DNA of 64,000 nt from an uncultured archaeon (GCA_938045545.1 CALIBN010000008.1:42631-106630), one strand, 5' to 3'. Positions 39,334 through 50,654 are shown, counted from the stretch's first letter. Made by a program: numbers and translations. Notes: generated by a model from the sequence alone, not told the origin.

Positions 39334-40443
39334 GTGTCTAAACGCCTGCCGAAAACCATAGTGGGCTTCGACCCAGGGACCACGGCTGGCCTGGCTGTAC
39401 TAAACCTAAGCGGGGAGCTGCTTCTCCTGAAGAGTCTTAGACACTGGAACAGGAGCAGCATAATTCTTGAAGCTTTGAGCGTCGGAGATCCTGTTCTGAT
39501 CGCGACCGACAGGGCTGAGGCTCCTAGAGCAGTCAGGGAGCTAGCTCAGTCGCTGAACCTAGCCGTGTTCGAAACAGGGAAGGAGGAAGCGTTGGAGGAC
39601 AAGATCAGCGTTATCAACGAGTATGCTTCTAGAAGGGGTGTCAGCATTGGGGATGACCATCAGGCTTCAGCGCTCTATGCTGCGCTTAAAGCCTTCAACA
39701 GTTTTAAAAACGATTTCAGAAACATTGAGCTGAACGTGGAGAGGCGGATAAGCGACTTTAAGGAGGCTCTCATAGACGAGGTTAAAAGCGATCTTATCAG
39801 GGGGATTCCGCCTGAACGCTCGATTAGGGAGCGGCTATCTCAGACGACTGTTCAAAGCTTTGATGCAAACCTTGTGGAGCAGCTTAGGAAACAGCTGCTC
39901 GAGGAAAGAAGGAAGGTTGAGGTTCTCACGCTTAAGCTTGAAAGCCTTAAAAGCGAGCTTAGGAAAACGGAGTTTAAGAAGCCCGCTAAAGAAGCCGGGT
40001 TGAAAAGCATCGTAAGCCTCACGCCGGAGGCAAGTAGGCTGACGAGCTTAAGCCCGGTTCTCGGGAGGCGGGAGAAGGGTTCAGGCGAGCTCCTCCAGGT
40101 TGACTTGTTCACAGAGCTAACTTCGAAGAAGGCTAAGAGCGAGGTTAGCAACATGGTTGTGGCTGCCGCAACCCTTAAGGGGGATCTGAGGAAGATCTTT
40201 AAAGCCCTCTCTTTAAAAGGAGTCAGGATCCTTATACTGGATGCTGACGCTGTAGACGAGGAGGCTGTGAAGGAGGCTGCCTACCATGGTCTCCTGCTCT
40301 GCGACATTAGAAGCCTGCCCTTGGAGAAGCAGGATGAGAGGCTCTACGTGAGGAGGAGCGACATCAGGGATCTTTTAAAGAGGAAGAGGAGCCTGCTGAC
40401 CGAAGCCCTGATTGAAAGACTGACTCAGCTGAGCTTAAAGTAG
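39334..40443 (+). CDS. DUF460 domain protein (RNase H-like N-terminus plus coiled coil)
   Basis: IVGFDPGTTAGLA, IATD, DDHQ..AL.AA motifs. Confidence 0.85.
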   Translation: MSKRLPKTIVGFDPGTTAGLAVLNLSGELLLLKSLRHWNRSSIILEALSVGDPVLIATDRAEAPRAVRELAQSLNLAVFETGKEEALEDKISVINEYASRRGVSIGDDHQASALYAALKAFNSFKNDFRNIELNVERRISDFKEALIDEVKSDLIRGIPPERSIRERLSQTTVQSFDANLVEQLRKQLLEERRKVEVLTLKLESLKSELRKTEFKKPAKEAGLKSIVSLTPEASRLTSLSPVLGRREKGSGELLQVDLFTELTSKKAKSEVSNMVVAAATLKGDLRKIFKALSLKGVRILILDADAVDEEAVKEAAYHGLLLCDIRSLPLEKQDERLYVRRSDIRDLLKRKRSLLTEALIERLTQLSLK

Positions 40444-40447
40444 GCAG

Positions 40448-40726
40448 CTATATCTCTTCGGATCTTCCTACGAAAAGGATGTTGCTCCCTCTGACAAGCA
40501 CCAAGTTGAAGTTGACGGCTTCCCTGTCCCCCTCATACTCCATCGTGCCGCTCATAATAAGGTTCATCTGAGTATCCACGTTAAGCAACATCCCCCTGTA
40601 TACCGAGTGATCGTTCTTAAGCCTGAGGAAAACCTTCTTGCCAACCATGCTTCTAAGAACGTTCAGCGGCCTCTTGTTAACAGTCTCCTCGACACTTCGG
40701 TTGCTCAACTCCAGAAAAAACAGCAT
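40448..40726 (-). CDS. Sm-like (LSm/SmAP) RNA-binding protein
   Basis: RPL..L, LK, G.L..VD..MNL, VRGSNI; true start likely 40726 or 40708. Confidence 0.88.
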   Translation of the reverse strand: MLFFLELSNRSVEETVNKRPLNVLRSMVGKKVFLRLKNDHSVYRGMLLNVDTQMNLIMSGTMEYEGDREAVNFNLVLVRGSNILFVGRSEEI

Positions 40727-40860
40727 ACTGCTCCCTATATAAAAATTGCTGGATAATTCTCCTTCCACCGGAAACCCGCGCTGCCTCTTAAGGATAGCGT
40801 TACCCATTAAGCGGGCAAGTCTGAAATGTCAAGCCGGCTTCAAAGGGTTCGTCGAGAACA

Positions 40861-41649
40861 CTAGTAGGGAAAACCCTCGCTAATCTCAGAGTCGGAAAGC
40901 TCTTTAATAAGATGGGCAATCCTCTCTACAGCCTTCTCCAGGATTTTCTCTCCCTTCTCCTTGGAGGATTTCAACGGGTTTCCGAAGCCGGAATTCACGG
41001 TTAAAAAAATTCCAGGGCCTGGTAAACCTAGCCCAGGGATAGGTTAGAGACTTAACCTTGGGAGTGTTCACAAAGCCCTCCTCCGCATCCTCCATGTGCA
41101 CGAGATGCGGGAAAAGGGCAAGGCCTATGCTCGTCTCAAACTCGTCAGCATGTTCCCCAGGCTCCTCCATAATAATGCTCCTAACTTCTTCAACGGTCTT
41201 CCACCAGTCGACCGTCACGATGAAAACTCTAGTCCTGCCGTAGAGGTCCCGCATCAGGGTGTGAAATCATTGCCACCGTGGCCGTTCAGAATCACCAGCT
41301 TCCTAACCCCGTGGTGTTCGAGCGAGTCCACAATATCTCTGACAACCATGTTCAGCGTCGACTGGTCGAGGCTTATCGTCATAGGGAAGCCGAGCGAGTT
41401 CCTGTTCGAACCGTAGGGTATGGCGGGGAGCATAACCACCTTAGTACCCATCTCCACAGCTTTCTCGCAAGCCATCTCGGCAACAGCCTTAGCCTGATAG
41501 TAATCCATCCCATAAGGCAAGTGGAGGCCATGAGGCTCGGTTGAGCCAACCGGTAGGACAGCAACCTCAAACCTTGACTCCTTAACATCCTTAAGCGTAG
41601 ACTCCTGAAGATTCCAGGCAACCATAAGGTTAATCCTGTTGTCAAACAT
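40861..41649 (-). pseudogene. Creatininase/creatinine amidohydrolase family, two frameshifts
   Basis: PVGSTEPHG.HLP.G.D, NGHGGN, HADEFETS; frame breaks near 41257 (C run) and 41005 (T7 run); the corrected frame ends at stop 40861. Confidence 0.85.
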
Positions 41650-41858
41650 ATAAATCTTGTAGCTTAGTGTTGATGAGAAACTTATTTCTCTTTAGCGACT
41701 ATGCCTTGAACCGCGCCGCATTCCTTGCAGAACACTATCGTAAGCAGCTTGTCGCTCAAAGGATATTCGATGAAGGTGAACGAAGCCATCTCTGCACCAC
41801 ACTTGAAGCAAACAGGCCTATTCTTAACAGTTTTACCCCCAGTGCTCAATCTGCATCC

Positions 41859-42866
41859 TCACCTCCCCTCTATCTTTACGACGAATAGCTCGCTTCTAGA
41901 ATGCTGATACTGCTCGTCCCCGTCGAACTTCGCGTAGACCTCAGCAGTATCGGAAACCAAATCAGTCTTCCTAGCCTTCCACTCGATGGCGAAGCCTCCA
42001 TCCTCGCCTGTCGTACCAGAAGCCAGAAAGTCATCCCTTCCAACATCCCTCTCCATTATCATTATTTTAGCGTTGGCAATCGGCTTCCCGGTCTCAGCCT
42101 CCAGAAGCCTGCCCCTGAACACGAGTGGCGAGCCTATTTTAACCCTGGCCGGGGGTGCCTCCAGTTTCAACACGGTTTTGACGGGTTTAACCTGCATGGG
42201 AGGCTTCATCTTATGAATAATCTGTGTTACAACGGTCCCGCTAGGTATAAGTATCTCCCTAGTGCCGTCCGTGGATTCTAATACGAGGTGCATCAGCCTA
42301 ATCTCCTTGACAACTCCGGTCTGACCGGCGACGGTTATCGTATCCCCGAAAGTATAGGGCCGAGAAAGCAATAGGAAGACTCCTGCAACCACATTGGACA
42401 ATATGGTCTGAGTCGCGAAGCCTACGACGAGTCCTCCGAACGAGCCGACGGTTAGGGCGGCTGCAGGGTTAGCGTTGAACACAGATGCTATAAGCGAGAG
42501 CAAGACGGCGAGTCCAGCGATCCTAGTCAACGTCCGAACAGTTGCGGCAGTAGGATGGTCCGTAAATCTTCTCATATACGTATACATGACTCCGCTGAGA
42601 GCATTCACGATAAGATAGCCTAAGCAGAAAATAAGTATGGCTTGAATATACTGGACATACGGGTTTACGAGCAGTATTATTCCACTTAAATGCTGCAAGT
42701 ACGGCGGGATGGTCTCGACAGTGGTCCAGCCAAACATCATGTCGACAACCGATAGGGAGACTGCAAGTATAACGATGTAGAGGACCGTCTTAAACCATCC
42801 GGCGCGAAGACTCGGAATCTTTCTTTCAACAGCTCTTTCTCGAATCCCTTCGTCGGGAAGCGTCAA
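41859..42866 (-). CDS. MscS-family channel with C-terminal Ig-like beta domain
   Basis: VGFATQTILSNVVAG, RPYTFGD, G.V.EI; tail LVFRGRLLEA..GKPIANAKI...GTTGEDGGF. Confidence 0.85.
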   Translation of the reverse strand: MTLPDEGIRERAVERKIPSLRAGWFKTVLYIVILAVSLSVVDMMFGWTTVETIPPYLQHLSGIILLVNPYVQYIQAILIFCLGYLIVNALSGVMYTYMRRFTDHPTAATVRTLTRIAGLAVLLSLIASVFNANPAAALTVGSFGGLVVGFATQTILSNVVAGVFLLLSRPYTFGDTITVAGQTGVVKEIRLMHLVLESTDGTREILIPSGTVVTQIIHKMKPPMQVKPVKTVLKLEAPPARVKIGSPLVFRGRLLEAETGKPIANAKIMIMERDVGRDDFLASGTTGEDGGFAIEWKARKTDLVSDTAEVYAKFDGDEQYQHSRSELFVVKIEGR

Positions 42867-43023
42867 GGCTCAACACACCTTAAGCAGTAGCGCAAATAAC
42901 ATCCTTAAAGCTTTATCGAGATTAACCTTCCCTGTCCAGACGGTACCATGATGGTCAGCTAGCGCGGCTCTTATCAAGGCGGAGTCTGAATAGCAAGTGC
43001 TGTTAAAAGAGCTAAAGAAGACT

Positions 43024-44480
43024 TTATCCTGCTAAATTCTTGGCTGCCTTCGCTTCTATCTCTGAAAGCCGGTTGATAACCTGCTTGTCAATAACCGACT
43101 CCGGAGGATAATGCTCTCTAATAATCCTTTCTAAGACAGCCTGTGACCTCTTAAGCAGGTCTAGACATCCTTTCTTCTTCCATCCTATCCAGTCATCCCT
43201 GTTGAAAAGGCTCGGATACCAAAGTTCCTCCCGCATTTTCCTCAAAGTATGCTGCTCCTTAAGGAAGCTGCCTCCACCCCGATTCTTTTTATTACTTCAA
43301 GCGCTAAAGTCTCCTGATTTACTTCAAACACTTTAAGTATACGGTTAACATAGTTGAACCACTCGTTATCGATTACAAGCTGTTCAAGGCTCGCGCCTTG
43401 ATCTGCTCCCACTATCCCCTGTTGACCTATGCCCTCCGCCCCCGCTGCCAATACCAGAGCACTACTCGCCGCCTTCTCAAAGCCGGCTTGAAAGTCTGGA
43501 GTGTTTGAATCAGTCAGGGCCACATTGGCGAAGCAGCTTAAACCAAGCTCCCTAGCCACCTGGATTCCCGCTAGGGATGCTAACGTGTTCTCGGGCGCTC
43601 CGAAGGAGCATATGGCAGTCCTCTGGTCTAAAACGTGTATTGACGTTGAGAAGCCAACGGGAGAGTCTGGATTGATGAGATTGACTAAAACTATGCCTGC
43701 CAGAACCTCGGCTGCATGCAGGCTTAACGCGCCAGCTATTGTCACAGGCGCAGTACCCCCAAGGAGGCTCATGGAGCCTGACGCGCTTATGGAAAGCCCA
43801 TACTCCGTCATCTCCATCAGAATCTCTATAGCGTGACGCGAAAGCTGAAGCGGACTCGTAGGCTCAGCTCCATAGCCGACTAACTTTTTTCTCCTCAGCT
43901 CATCCTCTCCCCCAGCCACAGCCTTAGCCATGTCCAGAATATACTTGCAGGATTCAACTGAGTATATCCAGGCGTAAAACGGTTTACGCGAATATGTGAA
44001 GAGGAGCCTATGCTCCCTCACATCCGCCATCCTCACGGGCACGTCGCTGGGCACGACGAAAGGGGATACAACACCTACGTTTCCAAGCTCGTTGCCGACG
44101 GTTATGGATTTCACGCAGTCTTCAGTCCTACCTGGGCGAAGCTCCATCTTACCATAATCTACGAATTGAATCTCCAACCTCATGGTGGCCTTTATGCTCT
44201 CGTCTCAAAAGCATACAGCATCACCCTGCGGAGGCTCAACAATATACTGCTTAGGAGCCTTTTTAAGACAATCTAGGACAAGTCCTCTGGGAAGCTTTGC
44301 AACCTCCCTACTATAGTCTACAATCGCCCCATGCTCCTCAAGGATCTTGAGAGCACCTTTATGTCTGTACGCGAAACCAGCCCCTTCCAGTATTTTCAGC
44401 GTGTTCTCCTTTATTGCTTCAACACCTTCTCTGGGAAGCAGCTCCAGCCTCCTGTTAAAAGCGAGCCTCATTCTTTCTCC
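43024..44480 (-). pseudogene. Non-pyrrolysine MttB-family methyltransferase pseudogene
   Basis: SPLQL, TAPVTIAG, GAPE, TDSNTPDFQAGFEK; in-frame TGA at 44205-44207 and a 1-nt frameshift near 43275. Confidence 0.88.
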
Positions 44481-44568
44481 ACAGGCTGATTTAGCATTCA
44501 ATATCAATACTTATATGCCTTCTTAAAGGAGGCAGACTTTTTCCTCCAATGTTAAATTTTAAGCATGC

Positions 44569-45801
44569 TCAAAAATATTTCTCCGCGACCTCAGAGGCTA
44601 TTCTCGCCCAGTCCCAGAGGCGTTGAGGCTGATATCTAACAGTGCTGATATCCTTCATATGGATCTCCACCACGCAGTTAAACATCTTGGCTTTACTAAG
44701 CTTCTCCTCCAGATCCCGACGAACCGCCTCAGGCTGCCAGGTTGATTCAGCCAGTACAGCGGGATTAGGCTTCCAGGCGAATATGAAGTCACCCCTCACG
44801 TTTTCAACAGCCTTGTCGAAATCGATGAACGGGCTCATCGAGATCCTTCGCAGCCTGGGAATATTCCTCCTCAATACTTCAACCTTATTGTGGAGCGGCT
44901 CGCAGCACCCGTAGTAGTTCAACCCCCATTTCTCATACCAGCGCTTCTCATGCTTCAACGCGAACTCTTCATGCATAGCCGGGGACACGGCTGAGAAGGC
45001 TTGGGCTGCTCCAACCCCCCAAAGCCTCATGGTGGAGTCGCGCAGCAATCCGAGCTTCTCATACTGGTCAAGCCTGTGAAGCCACGCCTCAACCATTCTT
45101 TCAACAAGCCTATGCACATATGCTGGCCTGCGATACATGTCTATCAGGATCTCCTTAACCCCGGTCAGCATAACGATCTCGTCCCAGGGGGCGAACCAGA
45201 AGGCGCTGACCCCGCGCTTCTCAACAGGCAGAGTCCCGTCGAAAATTTCGCAAAGCCTCTCGAAATCCTCCTCAGCCTTCTCCGCGTCGAAAAACACTTG
45301 AGGCATTCTTATCTTTTCAATATCTTCTTCAGACTTGATTTGAACGTGATAGCGGTGGGAAACCACAGGGTTCTTCTCATCAGTCCTAACAATATCCTCC
45401 TTGACACGAATACCTATACCAGTGTCGGTAACATAATCCTGAAGCGGCTGTTCGACAACCGGTTCTAGACTCAGACTGCTGGTGAAACGGGGATCGTCCA
45501 CCAGCACCCCTAAGCCGTGTCTCCACTTGTAGATCAAACGTCTAAGCCTCTCCTCATATCTCTTGCATAACGGGTGCCTAGTTTTCAGCGTTAGCTCATC
45601 GTCAACATTCATCTCATGCCAAGGAATCTCGTAAACATAGATCGGAGGCTTCACCATCTCCAGATTAATTGCTCTTCTCTGAAGTTCAAAATACTCCTCG
45701 TTAAGGGGTGAGGCTGCGATTTCAACTATCTGCCTTCCAAGCTCTCGAAGAACCTCTTTATCCTCGCGAGGTATTCCGCTGCAAGCCATATGTTTCCCCA
45801 A
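44569..45801 (-). CDS. UroD/MtaA-superfamily TIM-barrel protein
   Basis: VSPAMHEEF, YYGCCEPLH, ISMSPF, WKPNP motifs. Confidence 0.7.
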   Translation of the reverse strand: MGKHMACSGIPREDKEVLRELGRQIVEIAASPLNEEYFELQRRAINLEMVKPPIYVYEIPWHEMNVDDELTLKTRHPLCKRYEERLRRLIYKWRHGLGVLVDDPRFTSSLSLEPVVEQPLQDYVTDTGIGIRVKEDIVRTDEKNPVVSHRYHVQIKSEEDIEKIRMPQVFFDAEKAEEDFERLCEIFDGTLPVEKRGVSAFWFAPWDEIVMLTGVKEILIDMYRRPAYVHRLVERMVEAWLHRLDQYEKLGLLRDSTMRLWGVGAAQAFSAVSPAMHEEFALKHEKRWYEKWGLNYYGCCEPLHNKVEVLRRNIPRLRRISMSPFIDFDKAVENVRGDFIFAWKPNPAVLAESTWQPEAVRRDLEEKLSKAKMFNCVVEIHMKDISTVRYQPQRLWDWARIASEVAEKYF

Positions 45802-45913
45802 CCTCTTCCTCTAGGCTTCTTCTTAAGGTTTTTAAAAAACGTTGCGGGAAGCCTCTAACAAGCCTCGTTTTCAAACGTCTTCTGGAAACAGATAGATAGG
45901 TTTTTAAACGTCT

Positions 45914-46930
45914 TCAAGTCATAGGTGGCGGCGGAGGTAGTGCTGCACGTCTTCTTCTCAACATTGGGACGGCTAGCAAGACAACTATCAGTGGAACTCC
46001 TGCTATTAAGCCAACAGCCACAATATTTATCTCAGTCCTCCAGCTTGCAACCAGCTTGACGGGCTTTTCTACGATGAAGGAGTAGGTCGGTGAAGTTGAA
46101 ACAATGTTTCCATCAATCCGCCATCCTTCGAAAACATGGTTAGCGAGGAAATCCTCCCCCGTCTGAGTCAGAGATATTGAAACGGTCGCTGTTTCTCCAA
46201 CTGCGTACCATCCTGAACCCGCCACGCTTCCCGTCCCGCTGGACACCGTGACCTCATACTCAGTATCCCATCTCCCAACTACTCTTTTCGGCTCGTTAAC
46301 AGTCACCTTGAGAACCTGCTCGCTGCCAGCTAGAGAACCATCCTCAAACCAGCCCTTAAATACTCTTCTAGTTCCGTTTCCATGGTCAATAAGAGTTTGA
46401 CCTATTGAAATGGTCGCGGCTTCTCCAGCTCCATACCATTCTGAGCCGGTTACAGTCCCCCAGTCGCTATAAGCCTCAACCAAGTATTGCTTCCCCCATT
46501 CTGCAAAAATAAACCTGGACTTATCAACCGTTATCGAGAAACTCTGCTCTACGCTTATCAAAGAACTGTCTTCAAACCAGCCTTTAAAGACCCTCCTAGT
46601 ACCGTTGTCATGGTCTATGACGACTTGGGATATTGAAACTGTTGCAACCGAGCCTCCCCTGTACCTTCCCGAGCCCTTTGCTATTCCATATGGGGTTGAT
46701 ACGTTGACGATGAATAAAGATAAATAGGGCTTCATAGAGGGGAAGTTATCCTTATTGTTCTCGTCAATAACGTAAGGGATATCGCCAACCCCGTCCTTGT
46801 CGGAATCCACGCCCGTGTAATCGCTCCAATAATTCCCCTTAGACCCGTCATCCCAAGTGTTCACACACTTATAACTGTCAATCTGCAGTTTATTGCTGAC
46901 GAAATCGTTGCGGTAAAACTTGTTGTTTGA
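45914..46930 (-). pseudogene. 5'-truncated surface protein (NosD/CASH tail plus three beta-repeat modules and C-terminal TM)
   Basis: NTWDDG..GNYWSDY.G.D...DG.GD.PY.ID..N.D; repeats G.G.Y..G..AT.S....RRVFKGW; TM plus PPPPP; no signal peptide or N-terminal part. Confidence 0.7.
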
Positions 46931-47089
46931 GGAAGACCCCCTGAGAAAAATGCCGCGCGCTTCCCTGTTGACAAGCCTGGTCTATTTAGACCGCGTGTAG
47001 ATTGGGCATGGTTCGCTTTAGAGTTCGACGAGCATAGGGTTGAGAACATGAGTAATGGAACCGGCTGATTAAGCAATTACTTTAAACGG

Positions 47090-48064
47090 CTACTTTATTC
47101 TTCTAATGGCTTCCTTAATTATCGGGTCCTCTACCCAGTAATAGCCTTCTTTCTCTTCTACTATCATGGCGGAGCAAAGGGTTTCTAAGACTATTTTCAC
47201 CACCTTGCTGTTCGCATTCAGCGTTTTTTTAACTTCGCTCCATCTGGCTCCATTGCTGACTGTCCTCAACGTTTTTACATATAGCTCTCTTCTCCTCCCC
47301 TTCAGGAAATTATTGAGTTCCTCTAAAATTATTTTCGAGCCTTCGCTGAGAGTTTCCTTCAAAGCCTCGTCGTGAGAAAGCCTTCTTATACATCTGAAGT
47401 TGCCGTAGTACGTTAGCCAGCCCACGTATCCATTCAGCCTTTCTACAGCTTCCTCTATCTCCTCGTTCCTTACCCTGACTCTACAGCTTTCTCTGAAACC
47501 ACTTTCAAGAAATTTTTTCGACACCTCGCGGCTGAACGGCTTCAGTACGAGTTTAGCGGGCTTTCTTCCGTAGAGGGGTGAAGCCGGCTTCGGCTCCAAG
47601 AGCCTGCGCAGAATCCCAACGTATGATCCTGAGAAAACTATCTTTATACCTCTATATTTATCCCAAACGCTTTTCAAAACCTTTAAAAAATAATATGAGG
47701 ATACTTCCTGCACTTCGTCTAAAGCAACCACCTTATCCTTGACATGCGAGAAAATGTCTTCTAAGACCCTGCTCCACTTGACCTGTATGAACTTTAGGTC
47801 GAGGCCAACCTCGTCAAGCTTAAACCCGGATTCAGCTGCCAATTTTCTAACTAAGTCCCCAATACTTCTGGCACCCAACAGATTTACGTAAATTCCCCTG
47901 TTTTCATTGGCAAAAGTCTTAAGCAGGCTTGTCTTGCCTGTCATCCTCTTACCAACTACAGCCACCCATAACCCTGAGTCTACCAGACGCTTGAGCTCCT
48001 GATACTCTTCCTCCCTGTCGAATAGCTCTCTACGGCTTTCTTTAGGCCTGAGGTCGAACAACAT
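47090..48064 (-). CDS. Archaeal ATPase (ATPase_2 type) with C-terminal wHTH-like domain
   Basis: MLFDLRPK..R.ELFDRE, GKRMTGKTS, LDEVQ, SGS, SPLYGR, G..GWL; RWSEVK helical tail. Confidence 0.9.
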   Translation of the reverse strand: MLFDLRPKESRRELFDREEEYQELKRLVDSGLWVAVVGKRMTGKTSLLKTFANENRGIYVNLLGARSIGDLVRKLAAESGFKLDEVGLDLKFIQVKWSRVLEDIFSHVKDKVVALDEVQEVSSYYFLKVLKSVWDKYRGIKIVFSGSYVGILRRLLEPKPASPLYGRKPAKLVLKPFSREVSKKFLESGFRESCRVRVRNEEIEEAVERLNGYVGWLTYYGNFRCIRRLSHDEALKETLSEGSKIILEELNNFLKGRRRELYVKTLRTVSNGARWSEVKKTLNANSKVVKIVLETLCSAMIVEEKEGYYWVEDPIIKEAIRRIK

Positions 48065-48096
48065 GGTTACCCAGGTAACTAGTTACCTAGGTAACT
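48065..48096. promoter_or_regulatory. Tandem 16-bp palindromes (putative operator)
   Basis: GGTTACCCAGGTAACT + AGTTACCTAGGTAACT directly between the ATPase start codon and its TATA element. Confidence 0.75.
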
Positions 48097-48507
48097 AATA
48101 AATTTTAAAACATCTTCCTCAAGAAATGCCTAAACAAGACATGCCTTCCAATCCTCCTGCCCCGCGCGCTTGATTAATAATTTGGTAAAAGAAGTTTATT
48201 GGAATTATATGTTCTCGGAATCCACTTTCTCCACCGATTCTATGCTCCAAGCTCGTTCATCCATCTTTTGTTTAAAATACCACAGCGTGGTTACTGATAA
48301 TACCGATAGTTAACATTTATTGTTCTACAAGTATTGCAGAGGAAGTTACTTAGAAAGACACACGCAGTATTCTGGTTGGCCTTTCGTAAGCATAATATAG
48401 GTGTGATTCACCGCTGCGAACAGTCTAGCGCGTACTCGTTAAGCGGAACCTGTCCACATTTCTCAGCGATGGTGCAACCCTAGACCTAGCGGTTTACGAG
48501 TGAGCGC

Positions 48508-50481
48508 TTAGGTAAACAATTTCCTAGATTGAATTGCTGAGGAAAGCCGGTTTATTGCGAGACTTACTATAAAGACGTCGACGAATTTGACAAACTCGTC
48601 TTCGGTTGACAAGAAATGATTCAACGCTTTCCTCATTGATTCAAGCGCCTCCTCATAATCCTCCCGAATATACTGTTTAATGGCCTCAAGAACGAGGGTG
48701 ACGAAAGTATTGTGATGGAGGAGAACTGCGGCAGACCTTTTTTGAACCCCTTCACCGTCCTGCACGATTTTCTCAAGCTGTTTTCTACTCTCTTTAACGA
48801 ATTCGATCATTTTCTCCACGTTTTCCGGTTTAGACAAGTATTCCCTGTGCTCATAACTAGTAGTGTCGATAAACGAATAGATCTTCTCCAAATACTCTGA
48901 AACGAATTCTGCTGAACTGCCGAACGCTGCCTGAAGATAGCTTTTCTTTATGTCTTCTAGACTAACATTTTTATTCCAAAGCGTTTCAGCAAGTATCTTC
49001 ATGTTAATTCCCGTCGGATAGAAGGCGCGCAAGGTTTGACACGATAGTAGACCGTTTAATCCAATTTTATCCAAGTCACGCAAGTCTCGCCATAATGTTT
49101 TTCCTATATCCCCTTTCAAGAAGTCGAAACCGAATGCGAACCATAAGTGGTAATCGAAGAGAAAACTGTCTGACTTCAAAGTTTTCAGCCAGCCTCTAAG
49201 CAGCTGGATAAACTCGTAGTTTGTTCTAGGCGGGGCTATTCTGTTCCTCGAAGGCGCTGCGAGGGAGGCTGATCCTGAACATTTCTCGTCATAGAGAGAA
49301 TGAAGGTAGCAACGGCTTATTGGCGCGAACATGAAGATGGTGTTTCCATACTTGTTGTCAACAAATTCCCCGACTGGAGGCCAAAGAGTGTTTGAATAGC
49401 ATAGGAAGACGATCCTCGTCTTACAGTTCAATTCTCCAAGCCTATGTGACACAGCGTTTACAAGCTTAGAATACCAGTCGGATGGGGATGTTTTCCGGCA
49501 TTCCGGGCATTCACAGTGATTGTTCATTCCGTCTGAGAGCCAGAAGTGGAGTATATCCACCTCTGGATGATCCAACGCATACTGAACGACATGGTCCACA
49601 AGCATGTTGAACGCCTTAGGGTTTGAATAGCAGAGCTCAGTGTTAACAGCAATCCCGCCAAACAGCTCTCTTTTCCCGTTGACCAGAGCCAGAAGCTCCT
49701 TCTGCTCATCCTTGATCGAGCCCTTTTCAGGATCCCATCCAAGGCCTTGAATACCGATTGATTCGCAGGTCCACCCGTGGCCAACCCTTTCAACAATCAT
49801 TCCTCTTTTTTTCAACTCCATTATCACCCTAGCATCCTGTTTTAGAGCCTCGTCCACAGAAATCTCTGGAGAGGTTTCTACCATCGGATTGTATTTTCTA
49901 GTGTAATACCTGTTATAGAAATAGCGTGAAGTTTTGAACTGTAGGAAAAACTCGTTGAGTCTTTGCTTAGCCATCCAGTCTACGAAGTCTATAACCATTT
50001 CAGGTGTTACGGCCCCTTCAATACATACGCCCCGGTGATCATATGAAGCGGTTTCCTCAATTTCGAAGCCGTCTGTCCTTGCCTTCTTAATGCTTGGCAA
50101 CAACTCTCCGTCTTCACCCGGCCACAACCATTCTGCCCCATGCAGCTTCAAATAATAATAGGTGGAGAATAGAACACTCCTAGGGTTAGATCCGGAGATA
50201 AATAGGCAGTGTCCTACCGACTTCAGAATTATCGTGTCTTTTAATTCGCTCTCTTTCTCCCAGTCGATGAAGCGAATGCCAGCAAGTGAAAGATCTCTAG
50301 GTAATCCCAAGTAAATACCCTCTTCAGCTCTATAAGCATCTATGTTTTCAACACGGCTTCTTCTCCCCGTCATTTTTTCAAGGTATCTGGACAGTTCTTC
50401 AGCCGCAAAACTGACGACAGGGTTTCTCCCAACAACATATATTTTAGTTTCTTCAACCAGACTAGAATCCTCGCCTTTCAT
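48508..50481 (-). CDS. DUF4838-type putative glycoside hydrolase with GH20/GH67-like N domain
   Basis: FAAEEL..YL, ISGSNPRSVLF..Y, RG, DWMAK.RLN, ELCYSNP, CECPEC. Confidence 0.75.
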   Translation of the reverse strand: MKGEDSSLVEETKIYVVGRNPVVSFAAEELSRYLEKMTGRRSRVENIDAYRAEEGIYLGLPRDLSLAGIRFIDWEKESELKDTIILKSVGHCLFISGSNPRSVLFSTYYYLKLHGAEWLWPGEDGELLPSIKKARTDGFEIEETASYDHRGVCIEGAVTPEMVIDFVDWMAKQRLNEFFLQFKTSRYFYNRYYTRKYNPMVETSPEISVDEALKQDARVIMELKKRGMIVERVGHGWTCESIGIQGLGWDPEKGSIKDEQKELLALVNGKRELFGGIAVNTELCYSNPKAFNMLVDHVVQYALDHPEVDILHFWLSDGMNNHCECPECRKTSPSDWYSKLVNAVSHRLGELNCKTRIVFLCYSNTLWPPVGEFVDNKYGNTIFMFAPISRCYLHSLYDEKCSGSASLAAPSRNRIAPPRTNYEFIQLLRGWLKTLKSDSFLFDYHLWFAFGFDFLKGDIGKTLWRDLRDLDKIGLNGLLSCQTLRAFYPTGINMKILAETLWNKNVSLEDIKKSYLQAAFGSSAEFVSEYLEKIYSFIDTTSYEHREYLSKPENVEKMIEFVKESRKQLEKIVQDGEGVQKRSAAVLLHHNTFVTLVLEAIKQYIREDYEEALESMRKALNHFLSTEDEFVKFVDVFIVSLAINRLSSAIQSRKLFT

Positions 50482-50654
50482 GAAAAACAACCTGTTTATC
50501 CAGATTTATATCTTTCTGATAACCCTACTGCGGCTTTAATCCCTTCGCAGATGCAAAAGTGCATCTCGATACTGTAGGCGAACTTCCCGTAAGCTCATTT
50601 TTACGCGCTACGTGGAAAAGCCTCTTAAACTCTCGCTAGAAGGTCAGAAATTTT

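Noticed and set aside
44205-44207. Recoded stop (pyrrolysine or selenocysteine) in MttB
   Set aside because: The codon is TGA, not TAG, lies far from the Pyl position (which is Leu), fits a GGA-to-TGA change, and the gene also has a frameshift.
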